Shown: one piece after another, positions 1 through 12,620 of the stretch
Numbering within the stretch: position 1 is the stretch's first letter
Layout of the letters: the number at the start of each line of letters is the position of its first letter
Translations under genes and position numbers: made by a program
Origin: Paraspadella gotoi
Lineage: Eukaryota > Animalia > Chaetognatha
Length of the DNA: 64,000 nt
Assembly (NCBI GenBank): GCA_051294375.1
Contig: CM119263.1
Coordinates: 12,317,723-12,381,722 of the forward strand
Reading direction: 5' to 3'
Notes under the pieces: generated by a model
The model's input: only the letters and a program-made list of their open reading frames with translations
Databases searched by the model: none
Told to the model about the DNA's origin: nothing

Positions 1-829
1 TCCCTTCAAGTTCCCGCGAGTCTTGTGAGATTTTCTTCTCGCCATCTCCGTGAAGAGACAAGAACGAGATTGTGGCGCAGGAACTTAAAAAAAAAATATC
101 TAATTCGATTTTGTGAAAAGGTCACGCTCGTCAAACGCCGAGTTAAAAGACTGTCACGAAGTGACGAGGAAATAATTTCTCAAAAAAAAAAGGAAAAAGG
201 GGGGACCATTTAGAAAATCGAAGAAAATTTGCGGAAAATAAAAAAAGTTAATGGAAAAAAGAAAAAGTTAAATAAAAAAAAGGAAAAAAATTTCTCCACT
301 AATCAATTTTCTCTGTGCGTCAAGTTTTTTTTTCATTCAAGACATTCGTATTCTACAGTTTTCAATATGTTTATCGCGTCTGTATTCAAAGTTAAATCGC
401 GACAGTGAAGACATTTTTTAACCGAACTCGGAGAACTAATTTTACTAGGCTAATTGACATTAAGCACGAAAAGTTAAAAATATATTTTAATTGACAGAAT
501 AATTTCTTCCAGTCTGGTTTCAGCTGTTCTCAGAGCTCCCTGCTCAGTGCTCACGGTCAATCGTACTTAGCCTTAGGCCAAAAACTTTAAAAAATAAACA
601 TTGTGTTAAGTCATTACGCGCTGACGAAGTTTTTTGTGGAATAAAAAACCCGTTGTTTATAAACAAAAAATAAACATGTAATATTTTCTCGCTGACAGCG
701 ACTCCAGCTTCATTATTTGAGTAATACTCTCAACGATGCTTCCACATCGCACATCGTGCTGCTTCGAATGCAGTTTCCGTGACCGAAACCGAAACAGATT
801 AATCGATTAATGAACGAAAAACAATCGCC
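1..829 (+). repeat. Indel-rich duplicate of 1886-2761 ending at a 10-N gap (probable gap-fill redundancy)
   Basis: Position 1 TCCCTTCAAGTTCCCGCGAG recurs at 1886 and the match is colinear to ...AAAACAATCGCC. Differences are mostly 1-3 bp deletions. Confidence 0.9.
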
Positions 830-839
830 NNNNNNNNNN
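830..839. other. Assembly gap (10 N). Other gaps: 6743-6767, 17126-17150, 28548-28572 (25 N each) and 36050-36059 (10 N)
   Basis: N runs counted directly. Confidence 0.99.
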
Positions 840-1496
840 GAGATCAACTGGTTTTTGAAAAGTTCATTGAAAAGTCGAGACTAAAATATATATCAAATAG
901 TGTTTAGTGTAAATAGTACGCCCTTGCACACTTGCACAGTTCTATCAACGGAACTTTAAACGACTCCTATATTCAAGCCACTCCCTCTTTTTTCCTCTTC
1001 AAAACGACGGGAATGACGACGACGGCGACGCTGGGGAATCTTCCAACCTGACAAGACCTGATGAATCTCCTCGTTAGTTCCTCTTTCCCCTCGAAAACAA
1101 CCTTCGGCTCTGACCCATATTGTGGGTCGGTGCGAATTACCCTGTATTCGGTTACCTCACGACTTTTATCAATAACCAAGTTGTTTATTGTTTTTTCAAC
1201 TGTTGACTCGTTTTGTATCGACCCTCAGTCACTCAATACGATTTCCTGGCAAAAATCAATGATAAACCGAAATCAAATAAGGGACCGAATTTTTTTTTTC
1301 TTTTTTTTTTCGAGCGAAGGATATTGTATCTTTTTCGCTATTTGCGAATCAGCATCGGTACTCGAAATAGATCACTCTTGAGCCTATGATAATTCGTTCT
1401 GTCGCTCTCTCTCTCTATCGTTCTCGTTAATGCTCTTGCCCTTAGTCTCTTTTTTCTTTCTCTGCTTCTGTCATCTCCTCACTTAATAATATTTCT

Positions 1497-1770
1497 TTGT
1501 TTCCTTGTTTCTTTTTTCTTTCTTACTTTCTTACTTTCTTTCTTTCTTTCTTTTTCTTTCTTCTTTCTTTCTTTCTTCTTTCTTTCTTTCTTTCTTTTTC
1601 TTTTTATTTTCTTTTCTTTCTTTCTTTCTTCTTTCTTTCTTTCTTTTTTCTTTCTTTCTTTCTTCTTTTCTTTTTTTTCTTTCTTTCTCTTCTCTTTCTT
1701 CTTTTCTTTCTTTCTTCTTCTTTCTTCTTTCTTTTCTTCTTTTTCTTCTTTCCTTCCTTTTTTATCTTTG

Positions 1771-1814
<44 letters not shown>

Positions 1815-1880
1815 ATATCTTTTCTTGAACTTATCTATCTCTTTCTATGCTTTCTCCCGTCCTCCTCTCTCTCTCTCTCC
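1497..1880. repeat. Polypyrimidine low-complexity tract, (CTTT)n/(CT)n
   Basis: Almost pure C/T. It generates the spurious F/L/S ORFs at 1497 and 1505. Confidence 0.95.
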
Positions 1881-2873
1881 CCATCTCCCTTCAAGTTCCC
1901 GCGAGTCTTGTGAGATTTTCTTCTCGCCATCTCCGTGAAGAGACAAAGAACAGAGATTGTGGCGCAGGAACTTAAAAAAAAAATATCTAATTCGATTTTT
2001 GTGAAAAGGTCACGGCTCGTCAAACGCCGAGGTTAAAAGAGACTGTCACGGAAGTGACAGGAGAGAAATAATTTCTTCAAAAAAAAAAGAAAAAAAAAAG
2101 GAAAAAGGGGAGGGGACGGACATTTAGAAAATCGAAAGAAATTTGCGGAAATAAAAAAAAGTAATGAGAAAATAAAAAAAAGAAAAAGTTAAATAAGAAA
2201 AGGAAAAAAAATTTCCTCCACTAATATCAATTTTCTCTCTGTGCGTCAAGTTTTTTTTTTTCATTCAAGGACATTCGTATTCTAAACAGTTTTCAGTATG
2301 TTTATCGCGTCTGTATTCAAAGTTAAATCGGCGACAGTGAAGACATTTTTTAACCGAACTCGAGAAAAAACAACTAATTTTATACTAGGCTAATTGACAT
2401 TAAGCACGAAAAGTTAAAAATTTATTTGAATTACAGAATATATTTCTTCCAGTTTGGTTTCAAGCTGTTTGCCCAGCTCACGGTCAATCGTACTTAGCCT
2501 TAGGCCAAAAAACTTTTAAAAAATAAACATTGTGTTAAGTCATTACGCGCTGACGAAGTTTTTTGTGGAATAAAAAACCCGTTGTTTATAAACAAAAATA
2601 AACATGTAATATTTTCTCGCTGACAGCGACTCCAGCTTCATTATTTGAGTAATACTCTCAAGCGATGTCTTCCAACATCGCACATCGTGCTGCTTCGAAT
2701 GCAGTTTCCGTGACCAGAAACCGAAACAGATTAATCGATTTAATGAAGAAAAACAATCGCCAGATCATCACGGACTCAAGTTTGTGCTTCGATGAACGGA
2801 AAAAAAAAGTGAACTTGAGAAAAGAGCGGCGACTTATGATTGTGACTGTCCGAAGAATTTCCACCGGGACGCA

Positions 2874-5800
2874 ATGACGACTCACGTCGATTACAACGCG
2901 ACGGAAGAATTTGAAAACATCGCAGCGCCTCCTAGGAAGAGAGTACCTTTCAAGGTTCCGTTCTAAATTACTTCGTATTCATAAAAAATATTACGCGATT
3001 CTCTTCATTTTTTTGTTCCGTTTTATCCGTTTCGTTCTCCGTTTTATATCGAGGTCATCGTCGTCGTCTTTTGCGGATTCTTCTTCTTCTTTGTTTTCTC
3101 TATCGTCGCCTTCGTTTCCCTCGAGTTGGAGATTTTGGAGAGAGACGAGGCCATCGGGAATCTCAATCAAACTTTGGGTGAGGTGCTGCTGGGAGGTGGG
3201 GTTGCTGCAGGGAGGCGAGATGCTGAGAGGAGAAATGTGGGTGGGAGGTGAGTCGTTGCAGAGAAGATGGGTGATGTAAGAAAAATAATTTATAATTGCT
3301 TCTATCAATTTTGTAAAAAAAAAAAATGGGAGTCAAATTAAAGCTTAACGTATTTACCTAATTCTAAAAAAGTTTATTATACTTATTCACTAAAAAAATT
3401 TTCAGTCGACCTCAAATTAACAATGGAATCCGCCGGATGTTTCATCGAGACACGAAAATGCTACAGGTAACGGGAAAACTTTCAATCTCAAATCTGAATC
3501 CCATGAGGTTTAAAAACCTTTTCTCGACGTTGATTGTTGAATTCCCCCGTCTTTTCTCCGTCATTTTCTCTCCACTCTCTCAATTTTAAATGTCCTCTCA
3601 CACCAAATTCTTATCTTTTCCATTCATAACATCGAAACATTTTTCTCACCCTCCCTCACTCTTTCTTTCTCTACTCTCCGCCCCTCGGTCCCCTCACCCA
3701 AGCCTCCTCCCACTTCCTCGGCTCAAGTGCGAATCGGGTCTCATCTCCGTAGAATATTCGCCCTCCGCCGTCTGCGCTAATCTCGGCCTCCGATTGGCTC
3801 GTTTTTCCAACCAATCGCAGTTCGACGACGCGAAAATGTGGATCGTTCGTCGGTGGCGCGACGGCGGCGGCGTCGACGAAAACGAGGCGGCGTTGTTCAT
3901 CGCGGGCGGGGGCGGCGACGCTAACGTCAGCCGCGCCGCTTCCGGCGGCGGCGGCGGCATTTTGGCGCTGTTGATCGACGCCAACGGGACCAGGCTGACG
4001 AGAAGCGTCAACGAGTTTTTCGAACTGAGAAACTCGAGACTCGGATGCGATTCCGTCTACGTCGTTTGTCAGTATTTATTGACACTGTGAAGTATGAACT
4101 ATGAGATTGTCAGTCATCGATGCATTCATACCGCTTACGTACAACAAAACCTTTCGATGAGACATTCTTCGGTTAGTCTTTCGAGTTTATTACTTTCGTA
4201 ATCGATAAAACTTTTAACCATTCCATTTTATATCATTCCCGGTTCTTAGATTGTAAAAATAAATAAAAAATAAGTTAGTTATTTTTAGATACATAATAAT
4301 TAAAAACTATTCATTATGTATACTGTCGATTTAAATTAACGAGCGGTTCTTGGCAGGTTTCATACTTTAGCGTCATGAAAACCCTATGCGCCAAGAAAAT
4401 ACTGGATTCCCCGTTTCTGTTTCAAAAATCGTTCATCATTGACATTGTTATTGTATTTAAATCGCGTAATTCCAACAAAATATATAATTATACTTATAAA
4501 CTATTTTTTTATGCTTGCGTCTTATCATAAAATTTCAACTGAAGAGAGACGAATTTTTTTTAGAAATTCTAGGAGTACGTACTAGGGAACGGATTAATGC
4601 CTAGCGCCTTCGTAGCAGTTGCCATCGAAGTTAATAAACCGATTTAACACTTGAAACCAGTAATTTATATCAGAATATATTCAGAATATCAGAAATAATA
4701 AATTCATTTACAAAATGAATAAATTCTAAAACACCCCTTCCTTTCTAATTCCCTTAGCAAAGCATCTTGAGCCTCATCGACAAGAAACATCGCGACGTCG
4801 TCGCCGCCATCATCGAAGACAACCGGAAGTCGGCGCCGGATCGAGACCACGTGACCATCGGCGCCGATCACGTGACCTTCAACAAAGTGCCTCTTCAAAT
4901 GTTCGAGATGAGAGACTCGCCCGATTCGTTGGACGATATGGGGGAAGAGGAGGCGCGACAGGTAGGAAGAAGGAGGAAAAAAGGGGAGGAAGGGGAATAG
5001 AAATAGAATATAGGTAGAGCTGGATTAGAAACGAGAAAGGCTGAAAAAGTTAAGAAAATTGTTCACAAGTAACGCTGCCGAGGAAAAAATGAAGAGAAAG
5101 AGGGGAGAAGGAAAAGGGGGGTAAAAGAGAATGGAGCGGAAATGGCATGGGAAATATCTACACATAATAAGATAAAAATATATATATATGGCTTAGTTGT
5201 TGGAGCGGGGAACAGTCGGATTGGATTCCGGACGCCGTGGGTGAGAAGAAAAATGAAAAGCGAGACGAGAGAGTGGAAACCAAAGTGACGAGGAAATTCA
5301 AAATGGATCTGGAGGAAAAAAGGGATGGGAAAGTCGAAGAGAAATGATTAAGTGAATATGAGGCGAACAAAAATTTTAAAAATCTAAAAATTAGAAATTT
5401 TTAAGAATAATTTTATATTTTTGTTTTACTTCTTTGACTAAGATTAAAATAGAAGTATTTTAGATATTTATTAAAACCGTCAAAAAATTTTGTTAAAAGT
5501 ATTTTAGATAATTATTAAAACCTTCGTTTTCCTTTTCGCTATATAAATCAAGATATAGCTATTTTTGGCATTCGTAAAATGTAAATCATGTTTCACTTGA
5601 GAATCTAAAGTGATTATTAAATGCCGAATAAAGAATTCCCCACGAGGAAATTCGCTGCTAATTTATAAAACGAATATTTTTTTTTGCTGTGCTAATATTG
5701 CGTTTCTTACTTAAAAGTTCTATCGATTAGAGATAAAACTTTTTTTTCCAAAAAAACTTACCCAAATTTGTTTAGCTTTCATTGTATGGAATTTGCATTT

Positions 5801-6204
5801 ATTTTACTGGAATAGTAACAATTTTCGTTTCTTCCAACTTAGACTTAGCCTAGACTTTTCGAGTCTCCAATCCATACAAACATAAAGGAAGAAAAGATTT
5901 TGACAGTGAATCGTGTACGTGAATCGTGTACGTAACTCAAAAAAGTACAAAGGGACAACTGCCAAGCGAAAACGGCTTCTTCTCTTTTGCCTTGCTTCTA
6001 TTCAGGATTGGACCGATAATAGGATTCACTTCGTCGCTTCTTTTCCCCCCCGTCCGAGGACCCGGATGTTATATATTATCTCCGGATGTAACTGGAGCTC
6101 TTTATGTGCCCGGATGTCACTGAAATAACCTTGAGGACGAGAATGTTGAGAGAAGGCGCGTCTGGGTTCTCATCGCGTATTCAAAACCGGAAGCTGTACT
6201 CAAG
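2874..6204 (+). CDS. Type II transmembrane protein with a C-type lectin-like domain followed by a region of unknown function (gene G1)
   Basis: Phase-consistent exons: 2874-2954 (MTTHVDYNATEEFENIAAPPRKRVPFK), 3054-3177 (TM VIVVVFCGFFFFFVFSIVAFVSL, then neck LEILERDEAIGNLNQTL), 3406-3466 (..GCFIETRKCY), 3703-~4071 (..SAVCANLGLRLARFSNQSQFDDAKMWI..ALFIAG..GCDSVYVVC). The CY / C..G.RLA / terminal YVVC pattern fits a CTLD. Further exons at ~4758-4961 and ~6006-6204 are less certain in frame. The start may extend to ~2792 if the poly-A has one extra base. Confidence 0.7.
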
Positions 6205-6767
6205 GCGGGAGAACCTTTTGAAGAATTCGCGATTCGAGCCGTTGAGGGAGAGAGAGAGGGAGGAGACGTAAAAAAATTAAAAAAAAAATATTTAAAAATT
6301 AAAGAAAAGATAAGCAAAAAAATGGGAATAAGGGAAATGAAACGATAAACGAAAAAAAAAGAATGGCTGAAAAAAAAGATAGACAAACATTATAAAAAAA
6401 GATGGACGAAAGGAAATGGAAAAAAAATGATGAAAGCCAGCGGATGAGAAACAAATTAACAAAAAAAGAATAAAAAAAGATGGTCAAAACTCATATTTTT
6501 ATATTGGTTGTACCAATTTCATATATACGCAGAAGGAAATGGAAAGAGAAATATGATTTTACAGATAAATAGCGAGATGTTATACAGTGATACTGTGATA
6601 CCGTGGTACCCTGATGGTTTTGAAAATAAGCGGTAGAGGGGAATGGAATGAAAATGGATGAAGGGGAAGTACGCAGCATCACAGAATCTCTGTATCACAG
6701 CTCAAAACGTTGAACTTCGACTCGAAGTTGTCCCTGGATCCTNNNNNNNNNNNNNNNNNNNNNNNNN

Positions 6768-9700
6768 AAGCAGAGAAGATCAATCTCACTCACCTGATAA
6801 AATAATTTCGTTGGTCAGACATTTTTTTCCGGTGAGGGTTTTCGATCGCGGCGATTCGTCGCGCTTCTACCAACTCCACGAAACCGCTATCGCGCCTAAG
6901 CCCACGCGCTTTCGCATCTCCAGGGCCGACAACGCCGACGCATCCTGTTTCCGCGCATCCCGACGCAGCCGCAAGCTGTCGCGCAGACGGCTTCAGTCAA
7001 AAGACTTCGAGAGCGTCGCCATGAATCCGCGGCATCGAAAGGGGGATGGCTGGTTTTGAAGATGGCTGGTTGGCGTCGATGCGAACCTGAAAGAAAGGAG
7101 AAGTAGTTGACTTAATTTTTTACTACCAACGTTTCAGAGGAAACTAAGCCTAATTCAGCGGGCCTATTGAGATTTTGTGATTTAGTGTAGTTTTTTTTAC
7201 TCCTGGTTGGTTTTTTTTATGCTTTTTCAGGTCCGTATTTTTTTTTTCCCCTTATTTGCCTCTTGGACTGTTCTCTTTATCTTTGCCTATTTGTCTTTCT
7301 GTTTGTACAGACTACAGCGTGTCTATCAGCATCTTGACTCTAGCTTTTCCTCTAAGCCTCCGGTTTCAAGGATTCTTAATTCATCGGTAATTTCACTCCA
7401 GGCGCCCAATCACCCCCATAGCGACGGCAGTCTGCGGTGGCGGCGGCACCTTTGCACGCTTCGCGTTGAGGAAACTCCGCGGAGCCATCTGGTCTCCCTC
7501 GATTCCTAAAGTACGGGCGCCGTCGGTCCTTGTAAGCTTCACACGTGGGCGCCGCCGAGTGTAGACCGGTCGTCGAGGTCGTTGAAACCGGCGCGCCGCT
7601 TCGGAGGATGACGCGGCGCTGGGAGAGAGTCGACGAAGGAAAGACGTCCTACAGGTTTGGGGATAAAGGATAGTGCTAATTGTATAAAACGGGAAAACGG
7701 GGCCGTTTGCTTTTGCTGTGAATGTTAAATGCGATTGAAACATCAATTACTTACTAGATAAAACCGAAAAGAAAAGCCAAACATTTCCAAAAAAAAAACC
7801 ACGCGATAAAACTTCTACACTTGCAAAAAGTTTGATGACCGAGTTTATTGTTTCCGACGGACATTTCCTGGACGACGGCGACGTGGCTTAATTCCGAGAG
7901 TCTCTCTCTCAATCTGCGGTGAGGAGAAGAAGTCCGTTTTCAACTCATTTGCATTTTTCATCGGAGCAAGAGAAAAAAGGTTGAAGGCGAAAGCTGCGAT
8001 TCCTCGCTAAATTGCCGCTCGCGGGCTTTTTTCCTCTCGTCCCGGGCTAATTTCGTTTCCACGGCTCTCAATCACTCAAACTCTCAGAAACATCTAGGCG
8101 TAGGTTTCAACAGCACTGTGTGTCCTCTCTCCGCACTATCAGTCTACTCAGCTCAGCAATCAGAATACTTTTTCAAGCATTGTCAGCTTGCTGCCATCTC
8201 TTGATATCCTATGACATTTTTGTGTCTTATCTTATTCCCAACATAGCCTTTCTTATTCACTAATGGCTCTGATTAAGTGATGGTCCTTTCTATATTCTCA
8301 CTGACACATGGGCTAACACAATATCCTGGACTCACGATCGCTTTTCGATGTCCTTTTTTTTCATTTCCTCTGGCTGATCAGCTGTGGGCGAATTCCTTTA
8401 ATGACCCGACCTCTGATCTCACTTCATCAGCCTTTTTCAAACTGAGACTCTTTTTCTCTTTTTCTTTAACCTACTTAATCTCAAATATAGTTTTAAACAG
8501 GGCATTAAAAAAAAAGGTATATCTCAAGTAAAAACAACTAATCTTCTATTTCCACTCCTTTTGGCTTCGAAAAATTTACATTAAGTTATGGCAACACGCG
8601 TATGCCTTAGGATAGTTATCTGGGTATTTTCACAATGTTTAAGCCGCCTGGGATCTTACCTGGACTCCGATGCGTCCATTCCCTTCCTCGGTTTTTGGAT
8701 CCGATTTCTGTTTTCTTGCAACTGCGCACTTTTCTCTCGCTCATTTCGATGATCCGACTCATTTCCACACAACAGGCCTGTAAATATGGGAGGAAGGGGA
8801 GGGAAGGAGACGTGATGGGATTTTTGGGGAGGAGTGAAAGTGAGCGCTCAGTTGGGAGAAAAAAAGAGTGAATGTTGGTATGTTAAGGGGGAATTTTAGA
8901 AGAAGAAAAAATTGTATTGGCTTTGAACGGAGTGAGGGAACAAGGAAGTGAGGACGATTATGCGAAAAAAAGAAGCGGGCGGGTAAAACCTTTGAACTCT
9001 GGTGGTCAGGAATGTTTCGAGAACGTGCGGAAAGGAATGTTGGTAGGGAGAGCTGAAGGTTCATGACAAGTTGTTAAAGTTAAGGGTTTTCATCGTGGTT
9101 GTGGAGGGATCAAAGGAACAGGGAGAAAAACATCAAGAGTTCTTTACTACCGACTTTGCAAATAATTTTGCGCATTTCTTTACATCGTCGATTGTTCAAA
9201 ATTAATGATCCAGTTCAGTCGATCACTCACAACGGAATCACTAATCAATAATCACTTTTTTTTATCCGGTAGTTTTTCAGTCATCCATCCATCCGTACAT
9301 CCATTCATCATCCAATTGCTTTAGCGTTGGATCTCGTCTCTGAGCAGTTTTGGCGACGAACTCCACTCCAGGACGCGACGCCGGGCTTGTTCCTATTCGC
9401 AGTTGCTGGAAGGAAGGGGCGGAAGAGTAGAAGTGCGAAAAGGGGACGTGGAAAGGATGAGAGGAAAATAGGAAAATAAAATAGAGGAAAAAGTATGATT
9501 TCAACTAAAACGTTGATATTTATGGTCAAACTGTTCTGTCTCGACAAGCTAAAATTGTGTAGAGGCAACAAGCGAGACTTTTAATCAAGGATTGCAACTT
9601 GATATGTTACAGAAAAAAAACCCAAAAAACCCAAACGACCTCGCGTCAAATAGTGCACGGAATCAAAGGACGAAACTAGTGACCTGTTCGGTGATTTCCA

Positions 9701-10128
9701 GATTCACAATCCAAATACCCTTCGTTTCGTTCGAGAACAATTTGGGAGGATCCTTGGGGTCGCAAATTGAATCAAAATCGAAACCCTTATGTTTTTTCGC
9801 TAATCAATTTTTTTTTCTATTCTTTTCTCGCGCCACGATATTCAGTCTAATCTAACGTACACCTTTCAAGTTATCGGCTATAACTATAATTCAAGGTCAA
9901 CACCTGCGCTGCCAAAGATAAATCTCCCCGTCCCTCAAGGTTACCACCCTTCGTTAATCTCCTCAGTCGACCCCTCCTCCTCACCACCTTTTGTGAGAAA
10001 TGACGTCCAAAGTTCGATTATTTTCTTCGGTAAAGATAATAAATTCGCTCATCTCTCCTCTCTCTCTGTTTGTCTCTCTCTCTCTCTCTCTATCCGCATT
10101 CAACTCCGGACACAAGGGGCGGGTTTGA

Positions 10129-10189
<61 letters not shown>

Positions 10190-12019
10190 AGAAGTATTTT
10201 GTATTTTGTCATTTAATTAATCGTCTACTTTTTAAAGAAAACGAGTGGCGCAATATCGGTGTCTCTTCATTGTTTCCGATGAAGAAAATAGAATTTAAAC
10301 GTATGATGAGAGATTTTGTGCAAAGCTAAGCAAACTTTAATGACCCAAATAAAAGGAATCCTTGACTATTTCCGTCACTTTTCATCGTCCTTTACATGCT
10401 GGTTCGACGTTTCAACACGGAGTATATATTTCGTAAAGAAAGAAAGCAGAAATGAATTAAGACCAATCGTTTTCTTCGGTTATGGACCCCAATTATTTTC
10501 CCTTTTTTGCTCGACGATTTCTCCCCTTTTTTTCGCTTGACTAATTTTTTTCTAAAAAAAATTAAATTTAGCGAAAAAAATAAAAATAAGAACACAAACA
10601 GCAACGTGATAAATTTTATTCTTCCGCCGGCTTCTACCGTAAATATAAAATCAAAACAAAAAAAAATATCAAACCGTGGATTTTAAAAACACAAAAAAAA
10701 ATTGTTGAACAAAAAGTGGGAATCCAAAATAAAAACCAGACATGATCCTCCTCATAGCAATTGGCCGCGATGATCCCATCCACTGCCGTTCTCGTTTCGA
10801 TCCGAACGGAATCTTGAGTAACGCTTTCAACTAGATCGACATTCTCCGCGTCTGTAAAACCCGCTCACCACTTGATCCACCCCTTTCACCACTCTTGCCA
10901 ACCCAGCTCTCCAACCACTCTTCAGACACACCCTTTGGTCCACTCTCTCCGCTTCGGATGACGATGTCGGCGGACTTCAAATTTCGCTCCTTCGCCAACG
11001 AGGACGAAGACGACACTGGGTTCGGGGCGGAGCCGAGGGGGAGAGAGAGAGAGAGAGGCGCGAGAGGGAGAGCAGAGAAAGAGCGAGGGAGGGAAAGAGG
11101 GAGGAGAGGATGGAACGGGAAATCTTTCCGAGGACAAAAGGAGGAAAATCGTCCCGGGGGAAATTTCAAGTAAAGTCGCTTCGGCGAAAGAAAAAAAAAA
11201 ACGACTATGGGGGTTTTTCGTGTTTTTTTGGGGTTTTTTTTTTGGTTTTTTTTTCCGTTCCGGGGATTTACTTTCTTTATATTTGCCACTGGCGTCGCAA
11301 CAAGGTTCAGAACGCTTTATAGACGGTTATTTTTTTAAAATTATACATAACATTACAATTATAATTATTTTTTTATGTAAGAAATGTACGTATTCATAAA
11401 CAAAGATTTTCAAAATGGTATTGCCAATTACCTATGTTATTACAAATCATTTCTTAGTTTTAGGTTGGTCGAGTTTTTGATATACATCTTTAAATATTAT
11501 GTAAAAATATAATGATAAGAACGTGAAGCATCGAAAATTAATTTTCGTTTTTTTAAACAATTTACTACTACTGTTTACTTTTATTATATTTATGAATAAT
11601 CGTCCCAATACTGATTTCCACTTCAGGTTCCGCCTTTTCATCTCGGAGTTTCCAACAAGTTGGGCGGGGCCTTACCCTACGAGCTGCGATTGTGGAGCGG
11701 GTGAGTTAAACAGAGATGTTGTTTCCCACTGACTGTGATTTATTGATGCGCAATAAACGTAAATTCAAAGTCGAAGGTAATATAAAAATGAAAAAAAAGC
11801 TTGCTGCGCGTTTCCACGTTTCCGACGTTTCCCGGAAGTGACGCGTATTAATCGTTAATGGCGGAAAAATCGTCCGTCCATAGACTTCCCTTTCGGAGGT
11901 GAGGCGCTATTTTGAGATGTTTATGAAGGCGCGTCTGTCATTTCGATTTCCCCGAGTGAATATGAGAGGCTTCAGAATGCGGATCCATTAACGGGGATTT
12001 CGCCTCAAATGTCAGTGGC

Positions 12020-12050
<31 letters not shown>

Positions 12051-12560
12051 AGATAGAGAGAGAGAACATGTGTTTGTCAGAGTAGAGAAGAGTGAAATTA
12101 GAAAAAAGGAAAAAAATCTCCCAAGAAAGAAAGGGAACGCGAAAAGAGGAAGCGAGAGAGAGCCAAGCAGACAAGCAGAGAGAGCCTAAAGCCGGGCCAA
12201 GCGACTTAATAGGGTTGCCAAAACGCCTCCCCTTTATCCCATTTCTCCCGCCATTGAATATTTTACGAGTTAGAAAAACCGTTTAGATCCGTTCTTGCGG
12301 TGTTTTTGTTGCGGCAGCGAATATGGAAGCAGAGGAGGAGATAAAAACTAAAAAGAAATTGGAAGCGGAAAGAAAAGAAGTCGATGCAGAAGTGAAAACG
12401 AAACCGGAAGCGGAATTGAAGAAAAAAAAAACCGGATGAAGAAGCGGACACGAACCGGAAGCGAAAACTAGTTTGTCTTCTAGCTCCTCTGACAAAGCGG
12501 AAAACGAAGAATATCGAAGGTGGAACGTCTGCAATTTTTTCTTTCCCCGACAACCGTCTT

Positions 12561-12620
<60 letters not shown>

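Noticed and set aside
973-1179. Minus-strand ORF VIDKSREVTEYRVIRTDPQ..
   Set aside because: Short, upstream in-frame stop, no recognisable motif and no linked exons
1497-1913. F/L/S-rich or ER-repeat 'membrane' ORFs (also 45093-46156, 50106-50732, 58251-58563, 60982-61252, 63180-63794)
   Set aside because: Translations of microsatellite or purine/pyrimidine-skewed DNA
2991-3308. Minus-strand ORF with an LRR-like word (LIEIPDGLVSLQNLQLEGN)
   Set aside because: It is the antisense of the phase-consistent TM exon of G1
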